In this document: piece by piece, positions 19,496 to 28,428 of the stretch
Layout: every line of letters starts with the position of its first letter
How positions within the stretch are numbered: position 1 is the stretch's first letter
From: Candidatus Hydrogenedentota bacterium
GTDB taxonomy: Bacteria > Hydrogenedentota > Hydrogenedentia > Hydrogenedentales > JAEUWI01
Direction: 5' to 3'
NCBI GenBank assembly: GCA_034669905.1
Contig: JAXMOL010000005.1
Coordinates: 134,218-198,217, forward strand
DNA length: 64,000 nt
Notes under the pieces: model-generated
What the model saw: only the letters and a program-made list of their open reading frames with translations
Database searches by the model: none
Told to the model about the DNA's origin: nothing
Program-made: the position numbers and the translations under genes

Positions 19496-20483
19496 CGGTT
19501 TCTACCCCCAACACAGTTGATTCACCACGCCACCGCCACAAGTCGCAGAGCCACTGCAAGACGATAGCGCATACCGCGACGACAACCACATACCGGACCA
19601 CGTGCTCCGGTAGCTTGCCCGCACCGATTCTTGTCATCGCGACGTCAATCAGCCACGGCGGCACGTAAGCCGTCGCCAGGAACGGCCCCGCCGCAAAGGC
19701 GAGAGAGGCGGGAACCAAGGCGCTAAGCTTTTGATAGACCGCCCAGAGAAGACCGACGGAAAAATTGTAGCGAAGGCGGCTTAGGTCGGGATTCACCCAC
19801 CACATCCAAATTACGCAGTAGACCGCGGATGCAAGCAGGTGAATATTCCCGTCAAGCCACCAGGAATCCAAAAAGAACGTATTGAATCGACCCGCTGCGC
19901 CGGGGAGCAGGAGCCTGGAAAAAGCCTCACCCGTTGCCAACACGAGAACGGACATTATCGCTAGAAATGGATTGCTCAAGTGACACAACCAAGGGGATCC
20001 CCCCCTGCTGAACTGCCGTTTCCAGTGGTGCAAGTACAGGACCAGAAGTGTTGGCCCCCCAAACAAATAGCCACTGAGAATCAGGTTTTTAAGAAGCATC
20101 TGAACAATTGGAGGGCGGTCGCCGCCGAACGGGTGTATCGTCTGCATAAGCGTGGCGGTTAGCATTCTCGCGAAAACGATGGCGACGGTTGTTAATAAGG
20201 CCAGGACCAGCACCCGCCGCAACAAACTCACTTCCACGGCCTCCACATGCACTTCCTGCAACAGCCCGCGCAGTGCCGCCCCATCCCCAAAGTGTTCCCG
20301 AGCGAGGATCAGTGCATCCTCTTCCGAAACAGGCTCCTCGCCGCTGCAATAGGCCAGCATCTTATCCTCGATGTGTCCGTAGAGTTCTTCCTGAATCTCC
20401 GGGTCGATATCGTGGGCCACCGTGATGCGCTCGGCCAATTCGCGGGCCTTCCGCTGGATGTCGTTGTTCAGTGGGGTGTTCAT
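19488..20483 (-). CDS. Permease-prefix-domain-1 (HAAS-like) membrane protein, paralog 2
   Basis: Same head as paralog 1 with a different TM body. ATG at 20483 behind GGAGG. Confidence 0.8.
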   Translation of the reverse strand: MNTPLNNDIQRKARELAERITVAHDIDPEIQEELYGHIEDKMLAYCSGEEPVSEEDALILAREHFGDGAALRGLLQEVHVEAVEVSLLRRVLVLALLTTVAIVFARMLTATLMQTIHPFGGDRPPIVQMLLKNLILSGYLFGGPTLLVLYLHHWKRQFSRGGSPWLCHLSNPFLAIMSVLVLATGEAFSRLLLPGAAGRFNTFFLDSWWLDGNIHLLASAVYCVIWMWWVNPDLSRLRYNFSVGLLWAVYQKLSALVPASLAFAAGPFLATAYVPPWLIDVAMTRIGAGKLPEHVVRYVVVVAVCAIVLQWLCDLWRWRGESTVLGVETDG

Positions 20484-20567
20484 GCCGCAGCCCTCCAAAA
20501 TATGTTTCTTCCAATTCGAGTTCGAATCGTGGCTCCCCCCAACACATGCCCTGTTCGGGCGGCACAC

Positions 20568-20769
20568 AGGATCGCGGACATTCCTGTCCGCGGCAAGGCG
20601 CACGCAGATCGGAAAGCACGCGTCGGATATGTGATTGCAGGCGAAGAGCGGAAGTCCCATCGCTGGTAACAGCGGATCACTCGATACGCCCCCACCACCG
20701 TTTGGCATCGGAACGGGCGCTGCCGCGGACAGGTCGAAGACGCGCCGTGGCGGGAATGTCCGCGATCCT
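20568..20769. repeat. Inverted REP-like doublet (REPIN/MITE-like)
   Basis: AGGATCGCGGACATTCCTGTCCGCGGCA at 20568-20595. Its reverse complement lies at 20721-20769, interrupted by a 21-nt insert. The unit is itself a hairpin (GCGGACA-TTCC-TGTCCGC). Confidence 0.7.
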
Positions 20770-20804
20770 TCTCCAGCCCGCTCCCTTTCTCTTCTACATG
20801 ACCA

Positions 20805-21140
20805 TCACCCATGGTTCCCCTCCCCGAGGGCGGTGATCATCTTGTGGAAACCCGCCCAATCTTCGGTGCCTGTGGCGAGGGCACCGCGCCCCGTTGCCGT
20901 GATGTAGTAGTACTTCCGCTTGCGGCCCGTGTCCGCCTCCTGCCACTGGGTGCGGACCAACCCCTCTTTCTCCAGCTTGTGGAGGATGGGATAGACCGTG
21001 CCCTCCTGCCAGACGAAGAGCCCCTCCCCCTCCTGATTAATGGCCCGTATGATGGCGTAGCCATAGTTGGCTTCCCGCGCGAGGACGGAGAGAATGAGCA
21101 GCCGAGTGCTCGCTCCAATAAGTTCTTTGTTGGGTGACAT
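20805..21140 (-). CDS. PadR-family transcriptional regulator (short, ~110 aa)
   Basis: LILSVL, YGYAII, EGTVYPILHKLEKEGLV and RKRKYYYITATG; RBS GAGG upstream. Confidence 0.93.
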   Translation of the reverse strand: MSPNKELIGASTRLLILSVLAREANYGYAIIRAINQEGEGLFVWQEGTVYPILHKLEKEGLVRTQWQEADTGRKRKYYYITATGRGALATGTEDWAGFHKMITALGEGNHG

Positions 21141-21163
21141 GCTGTGCCTCCTTGTTGAAAGGC

Positions 21164-21192
21164 AATATACCTTGAACTTCAAAGTATGTCAA
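21164..21192 (-). promoter_or_regulatory. Sigma70 promoter of the padR operon with a palindromic operator in the spacer
   Basis: TTGACA-17nt-TATATT on the minus strand. Imperfect palindrome ATACCTTGAA-C-TTCAAAGTAT at 21167-21187. Confidence 0.8.
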
Positions 21193-21258
21193 GAAAAAGA
21201 TGTGGCGTTCTCCCAAGTCCCGTGCCGGCGGGCCGCCAGCGCTCCATAGTCCCCACCC

Positions 21259-21287
21259 AAAAAAAAAGCGCTGCCCGAAGGCAGCGC
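21259..21287 (-). terminator. Intrinsic terminator after nrdR
   Basis: GCGCTGCC-TTCG-GGCAGCGC followed by a T9 run on the minus strand. Confidence 0.85.
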
Positions 21288-21315
21288 CAAAAAACTATGC
21301 TATATAACCCATCCC

Positions 21316-21765
21316 CTACGTCAACATGCTCTTCAATTCGCCCATGAACTCATTGAGGTCCTTGAACTGGCGATAGACCGACGCAAAGCGCACATAAGCC
21401 ACTTCGTCGAGCTGTTTGAGTTTAGTCATAACGGCTTCGCCCACGGCGACGGTATTCACTTCGTGCTCGGTGGAGTTGAAGAGCTCCCGCTCGACTTCGT
21501 CGATGAGGGCGTCTACCTGTTCGAGACCAATAGGACGCTTTTCCACCGCCTTCAGGATGCCGCTCTTCAGCTTCCAGCGATCAAAGTTTTCGCGGCGCCC
21601 ATCCTTCTTGATGACCATCTGGGCCACTTCTTCGATACGTTCGTAGGTCGTAAAGCGCCGTCCACATTTCATACATTCGCGACGACGGCGGATAGCATCA
21701 CCTTCTTTTGACGAGCGGGAATCCACGACGCGACCGTTGGTATCGTTACAAAAAGGACAACGCAT
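21316..21765 (-). CDS. nrdR: Transcriptional repressor NrdR
   Basis: [32 protein letters not shown]-cone and [13 protein letters not shown]. Confidence 0.98.
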   Translation of the reverse strand: MRCPFCNDTNGRVVDSRSSKEGDAIRRRRECMKCGRRFTTYERIEEVAQMVIKKDGRRENFDRWKLKSGILKAVEKRPIGLEQVDALIDEVERELFNSTEHEVNTVAVGEAVMTKLKQLDEVAYVRFASVYRQFKDLNEFMGELKSMLT

Positions 21766-21850
21766 TGTTGCTCAAGCACCTCTATTTTGGTAGCCAATCG
21801 GCGTCTTATTAAATGGACTCAACCCGATAACCTCGCTTGAGGTCTCTCCA

Positions 21851-21902
21851 CATCCACATATTGTATGGCTATGAGCCTAACAAATACCATATACGGTGTC
21901 AA
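21851..21902 (-). promoter_or_regulatory. nrdR promoter with two NrdR-box-like sites
   Basis: TTGACA(21902-21897)-17nt-TAGGCT. Sites ATACCATATACGGTGT (21884-21899) and CATCCACATATTGTAT (21851-21866) are 33 bp apart. Confidence 0.6.
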
Positions 21903-22435
21903 GCGTAAAAGGACAGGGTCGTCTTCCCATAGCGGCGTTCACGCACCCGCTCGAGTCCCCCCGCACGCTCTGGAAGGTCCTGTTTCGACGCGTGCTCGAG
22001 GACGACACGCCCCCCCTCCGCCAGGAGCCCGGCGCCGTCGATGGCCACCAGCAGGGCTTCGTAATCCGTAAAGTTATAGGGCGGATCCGCAAAAATCACG
22101 TCATAGGTGCCCCCGATACGTCCAATTTCCTCGGGTAGACGATTGCGCGTGAGCTGCCCTTTGTCTTCCAAGCGGGTAGACGCCAGGTTCTTACGAATAC
22201 ACGCCTGGGATTCCGGGTGATTATCGACAAAAACAGCCCGCGCTGCCCCCCGGCTGAGTGCTTCGATACCATTGGCCCCACTGCCCGCAAAGAGGTCGAG
22301 AAAGGCCGCGCCGGGCAAGTCTGGCCCGATGATGTTAAAGAGGGCCTCGCGGACCCGGTCGAGGGTCGGGCGCACCCGATCGCCATCGGGCGGAACCAGC
22401 TTGAGACCTCGGGCACTTCCAGCTACAACACGCAT
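21899..22435 (-). CDS. rsmD: 16S rRNA m2G966 methyltransferase
   Basis: MRVVAG, RPTLDRVREALFN, LDLFAGSG, EALSRGA and FADPPY. Confidence 0.96.
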   Translation of the reverse strand: MRVVAGSARGLKLVPPDGDRVRPTLDRVREALFNIIGPDLPGAAFLDLFAGSGANGIEALSRGAARAVFVDNHPESQACIRKNLASTRLEDKGQLTRNRLPEEIGRIGGTYDVIFADPPYNFTDYEALLVAIDGAGLLAEGGRVVLEHASKQDLPERAGGLERVRERRYGKTTLSFYA

Positions 22436-22483
22436 TGGGTTAACTCCTGCTGTTCGACGGTGAATTCGACGCTACCCGAAAAT

Positions 22484-22770
22484 TGTGAAGAATTAGGGAT
22501 AGCGGACCTTGTCATGCTCATACTTTCGTAATACAGCCCGTAAATGATGGTGGATTGTCCGTGCCCACACCACGTCGGCGTGCTTTCGTACCACAACATC
22601 CGTCACAAAGCAAACTCCACAACCTTTTCCCCTTCAACATGTTACAGATCGTACAACCCGTTGTCTGCACAATCTCCACACCGATTTCGGCAGTGGATAA
22701 CATGTGGATAAGTGCTTCGTTCTCCGGCATATTTTACACAATATTATTATTTTTTACACCAAGAGCAATC
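22484..22770. promoter_or_regulatory. Cluster of DnaA-box-like sites with an AT-rich tract
   Basis: Perfect TGTGGATAA (22703-22711), 1-mismatch AGTGGATAA (22692-22700) and several degenerate boxes; AT-rich tract at about 22729-22757. Confidence 0.5.
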
Positions 22771-22868
22771 CATACTGGCCCTGCCCCACCGGCAGCCCAC
22801 CCCAAAAGGGACGTGCCCTTCCGGAATCAATCCAGAAGGGCACGAATCACAGCAAAGGGATTGATGGC

Positions 22869-24095
22869 CTATTGACCAAAGAAACCCGCACGATTCCGCA
22901 CGCGCAGGCGGAGACCGTTCAAGTTAATGAAGCCCGTGGCGTCCATCTGGTTGTACGCACCCTCGTCTTCTTCAAAGGTGGTAATCTTCTCGTCGTAGAG
23001 GGACTTCTCCGCACGGCGACCGACAAGATCACAATTGCCTTTGTAGAGACGTACCCGGGCGGTACCGGTGACGTTTTCCTGGCTCTTATCGACATAGGAC
23101 ATCATGGCTTCAAACTCCGGCGCAAACCAGAATCCATTATAGATGAGCTGGGCGATCTTGGGCGAAAGCTGGTCACGCTGCAACATGACTTCCCGGTCCA
23201 TGGTGAGCGACTCGACGCCACGGTGGGCCGTGTAGAGTATGGTGCCACCGGGGGTTTCGTAGATACCGCGGGACTTCATGCCCACAAAACGGTTTTCCAC
23301 GATGTCGACGCGGCCCACGCCATTTTCACCGCCAAGACGATTTAACTCGGCGAGCAGGTCTTCCGGCTCCATGCGCTTGCCGTTGACAGCAACGGGCGTC
23401 CCCTCTTCGAAGTCGATTTCCACGTAGGTCGGCTCATCAGGGGCCTTGCGGGGGTCCGTGGTGAGCACAAACATGTCTTCGTGGGGCTCGTTCCAGGGAT
23501 CTTCCAATACACCGCCCTCGAAGGAAATGTGCAGCAGGTTGCGGTCCATGGAATAGGGAGATTTTTCCCGCTTGGAATGGGGCACATCGATACCGTGCTT
23601 TTCAGCAAAGGCAATCATCTTTTCCCGGCTGGTGAGATCCCACTTCGGGTCCCGCCAGGGGGCCATGATTTTCACATTGGGCTCCAGGGCCAGGCAGGAC
23701 AGCTCAAAGCGCACCTGGTCATTGCCTTTACCGGTGGCACCGTGTCCCACCGCATCGGCACCCGTTTCCCGAAGGATACGAATCTGCTCTTTGGCGATGA
23801 CAGGTCGTGCCACGCTGGTGCCGAGGAGGTAGGTTCCCTCATAGATTGCGTTGGCGCGCATGGCGGGAAAAACGTAGTCGCGAACGAATTCACGGCGAAG
23901 GTCACTGACGAACACTTCGCAGGCACCGGTGGCTTCCGCCTTAATCCGCGCGGGCTCCGTCTCTTCCCCCTGGCCCACGTCGGCGATATAGGCCACCACG
24001 TCGGCTTTGTAGGTTTCCTGGAGCCATTTCAAAATAATCGACGTATCGAGCCCACCGGAGTAGGCCAATACAATCTTGTTCACGTCTTTACCCAT
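22869..24095 (-). CDS. argG: Argininosuccinate synthase
   Basis: [41 protein letters not shown]. Confidence 0.97.
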   Translation of the reverse strand: MGKDVNKIVLAYSGGLDTSIILKWLQETYKADVVAYIADVGQGEETEPARIKAEATGACEVFVSDLRREFVRDYVFPAMRANAIYEGTYLLGTSVARPVIAKEQIRILRETGADAVGHGATGKGNDQVRFELSCLALEPNVKIMAPWRDPKWDLTSREKMIAFAEKHGIDVPHSKREKSPYSMDRNLLHISFEGGVLEDPWNEPHEDMFVLTTDPRKAPDEPTYVEIDFEEGTPVAVNGKRMEPEDLLAELNRLGGENGVGRVDIVENRFVGMKSRGIYETPGGTILYTAHRGVESLTMDREVMLQRDQLSPKIAQLIYNGFWFAPEFEAMMSYVDKSQENVTGTARVRLYKGNCDLVGRRAEKSLYDEKITTFEEDEGAYNQMDATGFINLNGLRLRVRNRAGFFGQ

Positions 24096-24144
24096 GGTCT
24101 TCAATCCTTCTTAAGTGACAAGCAACCAACCACGTTGATCGGGG

Positions 24145-25050
24145 TTATTTCATGAGGGTGGCCATAACGGCCTTCTGGGCATGGAGGCGATTCTCGGCCT
24201 GGTCGAACACGATAGACGCGGGCGAATCCATGACGGAATCGGTAACTTCACTCCCCCGGTGTGCGGGGAGACAGTGCATAAAGAGGGCGTCGCTCTTGGC
24301 CTTGGCCATGAGGGCATCATTCACCTGGTAGGCGGCAAAGGCCCGCTCACGCTCTACCGTTTCCTTTTCCTGCCCCATGCTTGCCCATACATCGGTGTAG
24401 ACAGCATCGGCATTCTTGACACCGGCCGTGACATCGTGGGTCACTTCGATGGTCCCCGCGGCCGTCTTACGGGCCTCTTCCACCAGCTCCATATCCGGGT
24501 CATAGCCTTCCGGACATACCAGGGTAAGGTTCACCGGCACCTTGGCCGCGAAATGGGCCCAGGAATGGAACACGTTGTTGCCGTCTCCCACGAAAGCCAA
24601 CTTCACGTTAGAAAGGTCCGCGCCCCGATGGTTGCGCAGTGCCTGGGCGTCCGCCAGAATCTGACAGGGGTGCAGCAGGTCGGTCAGGGCATTAATTACG
24701 GGTACCGTGGCATATTCCGCCAGTTCCAGCACGTCGGTGTGGCGAAAAGTCCGCGCCATAATGCCATCGACCCAGCGGGTCAGATTGCGCGCCACATCGG
24801 GCACCGACTCCCGGGCACCCAGGGTCGTCTCGATCAACACCGAATCCCCACCGAGTTGAAACATGCCGGTGTGAAAGGTCACGCGGGTTCGCAGGCTGGG
24901 CTTCTCAAAAATCATCGCGAGGGTCTTGCCCTCCAGGATCCGATGGGGCGTGCGATTCCGCTGCTTGGTCTTGAGTTCGTCCGCCAGTTCGAGAAAGGCG
25001 ATGATCTCTTCGCCACTGAAGTCTGCGAGGGAAATAAAGTCTTTTACCAT
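24145..25050 (-). CDS. argF: Ornithine carbamoyltransferase
   Basis: FEKPSLRTR, HPCQILAD, TDVWASMGQE, HCLPAHRG and QAENRLH; located in an arg cluster. Confidence 0.95.
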   Translation of the reverse strand: MVKDFISLADFSGEEIIAFLELADELKTKQRNRTPHRILEGKTLAMIFEKPSLRTRVTFHTGMFQLGGDSVLIETTLGARESVPDVARNLTRWVDGIMARTFRHTDVLELAEYATVPVINALTDLLHPCQILADAQALRNHRGADLSNVKLAFVGDGNNVFHSWAHFAAKVPVNLTLVCPEGYDPDMELVEEARKTAAGTIEVTHDVTAGVKNADAVYTDVWASMGQEKETVERERAFAAYQVNDALMAKAKSDALFMHCLPAHRGSEVTDSVMDSPASIVFDQAENRLHAQKAVMATLMK

Positions 25051-26273
25051 TTCAATGCTCCGAGGGAGGCCTTCAAAAGGGAGATCACCCGGTCGATATG
25101 CGATTCTTCTACAATAAGGGGCGGCAGAAAACGGAGTACCTGGGGACCCGCCGGTCCACAAATGACGCCCGATTCAATCAGCGTCTTCACCAGGGGGGCG
25201 ACGGGCTGGTTGAATTCAATGCCTACCATCAACCCTTTTCCGCGCACTTCCACGACGGCGTCGCAGGAAGCGGCCACTTCCGCCAATTTGGCGAAAAGAT
25301 ACGTGCTCCGCTCCTGAGCTGCTTCCAGAAAACCCGGAGCCGTCAGGGCATTGATGGTGGCCACGGCGGCCGCGGCGCTCAACGGATTGCCACCAAAGGT
25401 GCAGGCATGGGAACCCACATCGAAGCCCGTCGCTACGGAATCCGTGCACCCCATGGCGCCGATAGGCACCCCGTTCCCGAGCCCTTTGGCCAGGGTCATG
25501 ATGTCGGGGGTAATCCCATAGCCCTGGTGGGCAAAGAGGGGGCCCGTACGACCGAGACCCGTCTGCACTTCATCAAGAATGAGCAGGACCTTCTTGTCAT
25601 CACAGAGCTGGCGTACCTGTTTCCAGTAGGCTTCATCCGGGACGCGCACGCCCCCTTCGCCTTGAATGGGCTCCAGGAGGACCGCACCCACTTCCGGCGT
25701 AATAGCCGCTTCCAGGGCTGCAAGGTCGTTGTAGGGCACATAGGAGAAGCCGGGGACCAGCGGCTGAAAGCCATCGTGGTACTTGGGCTGCCCCGTGGCC
25801 GTTACGGTGGCGATGGTGCGGCCATGGAAAGACTGCTGGGCGGTTACGATGCCCGGCTTGGGCGTGCCCTGCTTATCCCAATAACGGCGGGCCAGCTTGA
25901 TGGCGGCCTCGTTGGCTTCGGCCCCCCCATTACAGAAGAACCACTTTTCCGCAAAGGAATGTTTGCACAGGGCGGCCGCCAGCAGGGTCTGGGCCTCGAT
26001 ATAGTACAGGTTGGATACATGAACCAGTTTCTTTGCCTGGTCGCAAATCGCCTGGGTGACGGCCGGGTGGCAATGCCCCAGGTTGCAGACGGCAATACCG
26101 GCGAAGAAGTCCAGATATTCCTTGCCCTCGGCATCCCACAACACCATGCCTTCCCCACGACTCAGCGCAACCGTGCGCTCACCGTAGGTGTTGATGATGT
26201 GGGCATCATTCAGGGCCTTGATTTCATCCGTAAGGGTCATATAGACGGAACTTTCCGTGAGTACGGGCAGCAT
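25044..26273 (-). CDS. argD: Acetylornithine aminotransferase
   Basis: YLDFFAGIAV, GAEANEAAIKLAR, SFHGRT, DEVQTGLGRTG, AKGLGNG and TFGGNP. Confidence 0.93.
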   Translation of the reverse strand: MLPVLTESSVYMTLTDEIKALNDAHIINTYGERTVALSRGEGMVLWDAEGKEYLDFFAGIAVCNLGHCHPAVTQAICDQAKKLVHVSNLYYIEAQTLLAAALCKHSFAEKWFFCNGGAEANEAAIKLARRYWDKQGTPKPGIVTAQQSFHGRTIATVTATGQPKYHDGFQPLVPGFSYVPYNDLAALEAAITPEVGAVLLEPIQGEGGVRVPDEAYWKQVRQLCDDKKVLLILDEVQTGLGRTGPLFAHQGYGITPDIMTLAKGLGNGVPIGAMGCTDSVATGFDVGSHACTFGGNPLSAAAAVATINALTAPGFLEAAQERSTYLFAKLAEVAASCDAVVEVRGKGLMVGIEFNQPVAPLVKTLIESGVICGPAGPQVLRFLPPLIVEESHIDRVISLLKASLGALKW

Positions 26274-26355
26274 GGGACGTCTCCTGTCGGGCTATGGTTC
26301 ACGATACCTGATACCGGTATATGCATAGTCCAACGGAGCGCCCGGAACGAAACGA

Positions 26356-26637
26356 TTACTCGTTTGCGGCTTTTTTCTTGCTGCCACCACTTTTTTTAGG
26401 CGAATCCGACGTGGATTTCTTCTCAGCCTTGGGCTTGTCCGAAGACTTACCCTTCTTTTCTTTGAAATCCGTCTCGTAAAAGCCGCTACCCTTGAAGATG
26501 ATGCCCGCACCGGTTCCGATGAGGCGCTTGCATTTCTTGCCGCACTGCTCGCAACTCACCTTGGGTTCGGCGGAAATACCGTGAAAAACATCGAAAACAT
26601 GGGCACAACTGCCGCACTCATAAGAATAGGTAGGCAC
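26356..26637 (-). CDS. FmdB-family zinc-ribbon protein
   Basis: MPTYSYECGSC...CEQCG...IIFKGSGFYETD with a Lys/Ser-rich tail. Confidence 0.9.
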   Translation of the reverse strand: MPTYSYECGSCAHVFDVFHGISAEPKVSCEQCGKKCKRLIGTGAGIIFKGSGFYETDFKEKKGKSSDKPKAEKKSTSDSPKKSGGSKKKAANE

Positions 26638-26779
26638 AGCACATACTCCATAAATACCCCGATTTCAGACGGGGAAGAATCGGCCAGGACCAAGGACGCA
26701 GACACCCGGCTACAGGCCGTAAGGCGTTGATATGGGGCGTCTTGGCCATGGCATCACCGCTTCGAGAAGGAAACCGAGT

Positions 26780-26808
26780 ATTCTACCAGCGAAACGCGGA
26801 AATATCAA
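26780..26808 (-). promoter_or_regulatory. Putative sigma70 promoter of the fmdB-argDFG unit
   Basis: TTGATA-17nt-TAGAAT with an extended TG. Confidence 0.55.
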
Positions 26809-27043
26809 AAAGATACGCCGGGAAGGAAGGGAAAAGGCGGGGACGAGCAAGCCCCATGTTTCGCCGTCGGGAATCCACCACCCCGCGAAGCGGGTGACGG
26901 ATAATGCAGGTTATCGTTCCCTGCTCCATTCGTGTTCGTGTCATTCAATCGGGGCCCTTCCGTCGCCCACTACATGGGTTTGTACCGCGTTCGACTACAA
27001 TTCCAGCGGTTCCACTGCGACCCGCCGACGCCAGTGAATCCAC

Positions 27044-27072
27044 TTGACACTTACAAGTACTTTTTATATCAT
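27044..27072 (+). promoter_or_regulatory. Putative sigma70 promoter
   Basis: TTGACA-17nt-TATCAT, about 40 nt before the ATG at 27112. Confidence 0.6.
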
Positions 27073-27111
27073 GGCGCAACATGAAGATTCCCAAAGCGAA
27101 ATCGAGGCGCT

Positions 27112-28416
27112 ATGTGTGACGAAAACCCACGGACGACACCAAAGCCAACACCTGATCCCCGATGTAAGAGACGAAGTCTAGCACGCAGGGGATGGCGTAT
27201 TCTGACCAACCTCATCGTATTGGCGTTCTATATTCCCTTCTCGATCTTCTTTTTTTGGGCGTGCGCCTTCGGGTGGGCCATTTTTAGCGTGGGGCAGGAG
27301 CGCGATGTACTTATGGACGCCCTCCATGACCCAGCAGTGCAGGCCCCGCTGGTCGAACACCTGGCACGCCTGGCGCTCAGCGACACCCTTCCAGGAAGAG
27401 GTGAAAATGACGACTCCGCCCTTCTTTCCGCCGTGTGGCTTCCCCCGATGCTCTTCGAACACGTTCCCTACGAGACCCTGTTCAATGCCACAATCACGGT
27501 GAACACCAGCGACGTGCACATGGACGTCTCACGGGGCGGATGGGATCATGGATGGTGGGTGGAGATTGCCGTGAGCCCACTTACTCCCGAAAAAGACCGT
27601 TGGGGGCTCTTCATACCCAAGACAGACGACAGCACCACGGCGGCGGACGCACCACTGTTTATTGCCGATCTTTCCAAGTCCGCCGGGTATTCCCAACAAG
27701 AGCTCTTGACCTTGGGGCTGGCGGGCAACGAGCGCTACATGGAGGGAAGTCCCGAGAAGGCGTTCTGGAATCAGATTGTCTTGAACCTTTGGGCCGGTGA
27801 ACGCAAAGCGGCCCGGGACGCATGCCAACGCTACTATGATCGCTTTCCAGACGAGTGGGCCGCCGTGCTCCTCTCCTCCCTGTTGAGGGAGGGAAACCAA
27901 CCGGGAGAAGGTGAATCCATTCTTCGGGATTGGGTAGCCGGAGAGCCTGGTTTCCCGCGCTATGTTCGCCTGGCACAGTTTTACGAACTCATCGGACAAC
28001 CTGCTGCGCTGGCCGACGCACTGAAGGAAGCCGCCCGATATAGCGACGGAGATTATCGCTATATGTACAGCCGAACGTACCACACGGCCACCTTTGCATT
28101 GGCAGGTGGCCACCCGAAAGCCACCGTGGCCGCTGCAGATGCCATCCTGAGACAAATTGACAAACCGGAGCATTGGTCCTTTCAGGATGACGTCGCCCAC
28201 TTCAATGCACTGATAGAGGTGGCCAATCAGGTCGATGTAGGAACGCTTTCCCCCACCGAGGCGATTTCCGGATTATCTCCCATCGGTGCAGAGGAATGGG
28301 GCGAGGGCAAACACCTGGACCTGCCGACAGGGACTCCCTACTCCTTTCTTGAGCAATTGCTACATCGCCCTGTGCCACGCCTGACGGAAGCCGGTGTCAT
28401 CAATCTTCCGGGTTAA
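27112..28416 (+). CDS. Hypothetical membrane-anchored protein, TPR-like C-terminal half
   Basis: One N-terminal TM followed by helical repeats; has its own promoter and GAGG RBS. Confidence 0.65.
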   Translation: MCDENPRTTPKPTPDPRCKRRSLARRGWRILTNLIVLAFYIPFSIFFFWACAFGWAIFSVGQERDVLMDALHDPAVQAPLVEHLARLALSDTLPGRGENDDSALLSAVWLPPMLFEHVPYETLFNATITVNTSDVHMDVSRGGWDHGWWVEIAVSPLTPEKDRWGLFIPKTDDSTTAADAPLFIADLSKSAGYSQQELLTLGLAGNERYMEGSPEKAFWNQIVLNLWAGERKAARDACQRYYDRFPDEWAAVLLSSLLREGNQPGEGESILRDWVAGEPGFPRYVRLAQFYELIGQPAALADALKEAARYSDGDYRYMYSRTYHTATFALAGGHPKATVAAADAILRQIDKPEHWSFQDDVAHFNALIEVANQVDVGTLSPTEAISGLSPIGAEEWGEGKHLDLPTGTPYSFLEQLLHRPVPRLTEAGVINLPG

Positions 28417-28428
28417 GGCGGCAACCGA

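Noticed and set aside
26274..26355. Possible ARG boxes upstream of argD
   Set aside because: Only a weak half-site (TATGCAT); no tandem palindromes.
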